A DNA stretch of 64,000 nt from Oscillospiraceae bacterium (GTDB taxonomy: Bacteria; Bacillota; Clostridia; Oscillospirales; CAG-272). A model generated the notes under the pieces. It was not told where the DNA came from, did no database searches, and worked only from the letters and a program-made list of their open reading frames with translations. Location of the stretch: NCBI GenBank assembly GCA_015064205.1, contig SVSR01000001.1:151382-215381 (forward strand). The letters are read 5' to 3'. Position numbers and translations under genes: made by a program. The stretch's first letter is position 1. Every line of letters starts with the position of its first letter. Shown piece by piece: positions 61,531 to 64,000 of the stretch.

Positions 61531-62655
61531 TTATATGCTGACGGGGTGCTTCACTCTGTCAGACTCATAGGCAGCCTCCATAACTTTCTGTATGTGATAT
61601 GCGTCCCACATATTCGGGTGAGCGCACGTGTCGTTTTTATAAACCGCGTCAAGAAATGCGTACATGCTTCCGAGATGCCCTCTGAGCCAGCCTGACGGTG
61701 CTGATACTCCCGGAAAGATCCCTGCGGGGCATGGGTATCTGCCAACACATTCTATCTTTTTAAAGCCTCTCTCTGCGCCAAGCTCACCGGGTGATAGTGT
61801 GTTATCGTAAAAATAAAGGAAATTCGGGTCCATAAGTGAAAACTTAATGCTGCCCTTTGTTCCGTACACTTCAAGAGTGAAATCATCGTTTGAGCCTGCG
61901 GCTATTTTGCTGACTTCGATCGTGCCGACAGCACCGCATTCAAGCTCGGCTATCATATAAAAAGCTTCGTCTGCATTCGTTTTCCATGGCTTTAAGTCAG
62001 GCCCGAGTCTTGTTTCAAATGCTATCTGCGATTTGCCGCTTACTTCCTTGAATCTTCCGCATATGTGATATACAAGGTCAATAGCGTGAGATCCGAGATC
62101 AAATAAAACACCGCCTCCGCAGATATCGCGGTTCTGCTTCCATTTTGAAGGCTTGCTTATATCGGTTGCGCTGGAATGAAGAAACGAGGATCTGAAGCTG
62201 AGTATTCTGCCAAGCTTTCCTTCGTCAGCAAGCTGCTTTGCGCGAAGCATCGGAGCCAAATAGCGAGTATTGAATACTATCTTGCCAACAACGCCCTTCT
62301 TTTCTGCAAGTTCTGCGATCTCAAGCGCCTGCGCTTCTGTTACGCACAGCGGCTTTTCACAGTACACGTGCTTACCTGCACATATCGCTTTTTTCAAGGT
62401 TTCATAATGGCTTATGTTCGGCGTGCATATATCGATAACGTCAATATCGTCATTGTAAATGAGCTCATCTTCGCTTTTTGCCGCTATAGGAAAACAAAAG
62501 GCGGCTGAAGCCGACTTTGCCGTTTCGAAGGTGCGCGTATACACCCCTTCAATTCCGGCATCAAAGGGCAGATCTTTGTAAAAGTATTTCAAATTGTCGA
62601 CAGCCCATGCGTGTGTGCGCCCCATTGAGCCGAAGCCGAGAAGACCTATTTTCAT
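61531..62655 (-). CDS. Gfo/Idh/MocA-family oxidoreductase
   Basis: GFGSMG, ICTPN, GKHVYCEKP and GGGVLFDLGSH motifs. ATG at 62655. Confidence 0.9.
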   Translation of the reverse strand: MKIGLLGFGSMGRTHAWAVDNLKYFYKDLPFDAGIEGVYTRTFETAKSASAAFCFPIAAKSEDELIYNDDIDVIDICTPNISHYETLKKAICAGKHVYCEKPLCVTEAQALEIAELAEKKGVVGKIVFNTRYLAPMLRAKQLADEGKLGRILSFRSSFLHSSATDISKPSKWKQNRDICGGGVLFDLGSHAIDLVYHICGRFKEVSGKSQIAFETRLGPDLKPWKTNADEAFYMIAELECGAVGTIEVSKIAAGSNDDFTLEVYGTKGSIKFSLMDPNFLYFYDNTLSPGELGAERGFKKIECVGRYPCPAGIFPGVSAPSGWLRGHLGSMYAFLDAVYKNDTCAHPNMWDAYHIQKVMEAAYESDRVKHPVSI

Positions 62656-62732
62656 AAAGCCATTTCCTTTCAAGCGTGTTTCTACTTTATATTATACTTA
62701 CAATTTGAGAAAAAAACAATACTTTAATAAAA

Positions 62733-62999
62733 TTATATTTTATCTTTGTTTTTAACTATAAGATCGAAAGCCAAAGCTCCGGCGATTATAATAATAAGCG
62801 TAATCAGCGTGTGCTCAAGCATCAGGCGTGCAAGCGGCGCGGCTTCAAAAAATCTCATGCTTTCTTCGCTAGCCGAAGATATAGTAAGATCGTATTTGAG
62901 CCATGTTGCTCCGAGCATCGAGAGTATAAGAAACAGCCCACACTTTAATATGTAAAAAGAGTGCCTGCAAACAGCAGGCACGGTAAAGTTATTCTTCAT
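62733..62999 (-). CDS. Small hypothetical membrane protein (two TM segments)
   Basis: GGAGG RBS and two hydrophobic segments. Confidence 0.6.
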   Translation of the reverse strand: MKNNFTVPAVCRHSFYILKCGLFLILSMLGATWLKYDLTISSASEESMRFFEAAPLARLMLEHTLITLIIIIAGALAFDLIVKNKDKI

Positions 63000-63081
63000 T
63001 TTAAGACCTCCGTGTTTACATTATAATTTTAACATAAACCGTGAAAGATGTCATCTATAAAAAAATACAAAAGCAGGAATA

Positions 63082-63445
63082 AAACGGACCGGACCTGTAA
63101 GCCGGGTTTTGTTATAGACAATCATCTATCTTGACTGCACGTTGCCGTGCAGCTCCGAACAATGTTCGTGCCACCAGAGATATTACGTCGGGCAAACGTT
63201 ACTGAAAGTAAATCTCAGGTGTTGCTTCGGATAGGGTTTACAGCGAACCTATGTTACCATAGATTCGGGTGAGCTCTTACCTCGCCTTTCCATCCTTACC
63301 GCAAAATGCGGCGGTCTATTTCTGTTGCACTTTCCCGGGAGTCGCCTCCGGCGGACGTTATCCGTTATCCTGCCCTGTGAAGCCCGGACTTTCCTCACGG
63401 TAATACCTTTCGGCAACATACCGCGCGATTGTCCGGTCCGGTCCG
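63082..63445 (-). ncRNA. rnpB: RNase P RNA, type A
   Basis: Minus strand has GAGGAAAGTCCGGGCT, AGTGCAACAGAAA, GGTAAGAGC, TAAACCC...GAAGCAA and AAAACCCGGCTTA. Confidence 0.95.
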
Positions 63446-63467
63446 TTTTATTCCTGCTTTTTAGCAT

Positions 63468-63496
63468 ATCGTAACACAAAGAAATAGTTTTGTCAA
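63468..63496 (-). promoter_or_regulatory. Sigma-A promoter of rnpB
   Basis: TTGACA-N17-TACGAT with an extended TG. Confidence 0.7.
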
Positions 63497-63601
63497 GAAC
63501 ACAACATCTTAAACGGTAAAAAATTCCGTCTATAAACGGGCAAAGTGACGGAAAAACTACCATTGTATAAAAAATAAAATAAAACAGATTGGAAAAATAT
63601 T

Positions 63602-63802
63602 ATGGATAACCGGAGAATGCCCGATGAGATCCCGATGGGATTTGCTATGAGCCTTGCTCAAAACAAGACAGCACTTGAAAAATACGCGCGCTTAGAAGAA
63701 GCTGAAAGACAGAGTTATAACGAGCGTGCCGCACACGCGCAGTCGAAAAGCGAAATGCGCGGACTTGTCAGCGAGATAGCGTCTAAAAACGACATAGGAT
63801 AA
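63602..63802 (+). CDS. Small hypothetical protein
   Basis: PMGFAMSLAQN...SKSEMR pattern resembles a small clostridial family. Start is uncertain. Confidence 0.6.
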   Translation: MDNRRMPDEIPMGFAMSLAQNKTALEKYARLEEAERQSYNERAAHAQSKSEMRGLVSEIASKNDIG

Positions 63803-63847
63803 AATAGGACCCGTAAGGGGCATACTGTGCCGCTTCCGGGTCAGGTT

Positions 63848-64000
63848 TTATTTGTTGAGATTTATAATTTCGCATCCTAAAAGTTTTACGTCGTCCGGAT
63901 TGTGGGTTATAAGTATAAGCGTTCTGCCATCAAGCTTATCAAGAATGTATTCAGCCGCAGCCTGACGTGTTTCTGAGTCAAGACCGTTAAAAGGCTCGTC
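63848..64000 (-). CDS. 3' fragment of an ABC transporter ATP-binding protein
   Basis: Reads DEPFNGLD...LILITHN...NK*, containing the Walker B end/D-loop and H-loop. Truncated by the window edge. Confidence 0.8.
   Translation of the reverse strand, partial: DEPFNGLDSETRQAAAEYILDKLDGRTLILITHNPDDVKLLGCEIINLNK

Noticed and set aside
63156-63168. SOS-box-like CGAACAATGTTCG
   Set aside because: The spacer is 3 nt, not 4, and it lies inside rnpB where it is an RNA hairpin.
63249-63563. 104-aa minus-strand ORF
   Set aside because: Overlaps the rnpB gene and its promoter; spurious.

Overview
This window is a gene-dense stretch of chromosome from a spore-forming, Clostridia-like Firmicute. The evidence is spoVAC/AD/AE, a SpoVB-like flippase, SLH and dockerin domains, Gram-positive LexA boxes and sigma-A promoters. 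The left ~7.8 kb is accessory. It holds a tandem array of at least three paralogous 526-aa pectin-lyase-fold (parallel beta-helix-like) proteins, then two paralogous SGNH esterases, one SLH-anchored and one dockerin-tagged. The rest is mostly housekeeping: peptidases, ltaE, an acyl-CoA ligase, NfeD/SPFH, asnS, alr, ackA, lexA, tRNA-Glu(CTC), a cysteine desulfurase, spoVA, galT, glgB, ABC transporters, trxB-nrdD-nrdG, pncB, uvrBA, coaE and rnpB. I found no CRISPR array, prophage, integrase, transposase or reverse transcriptase, and no clear-cut new multi-gene system. The best leads are: (1) the mosaic beta-helix paralog array; (2) a class III RNR with a fused glutaredoxin-like CxxC domain next to trxB, with a distal third NrdR box beside a C-GCAxxG-C-C redox gene; (3) a perfect 27-bp inverted repeat enclosing RNase P RNA; (4) an orphan PqqD/RRE gene; (5) a probable ATA start codon; (6) a GTAG REP doublet; (7) a dif-like 11-6-11 palindrome. 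All product calls come from reading motifs by eye, with no database search.
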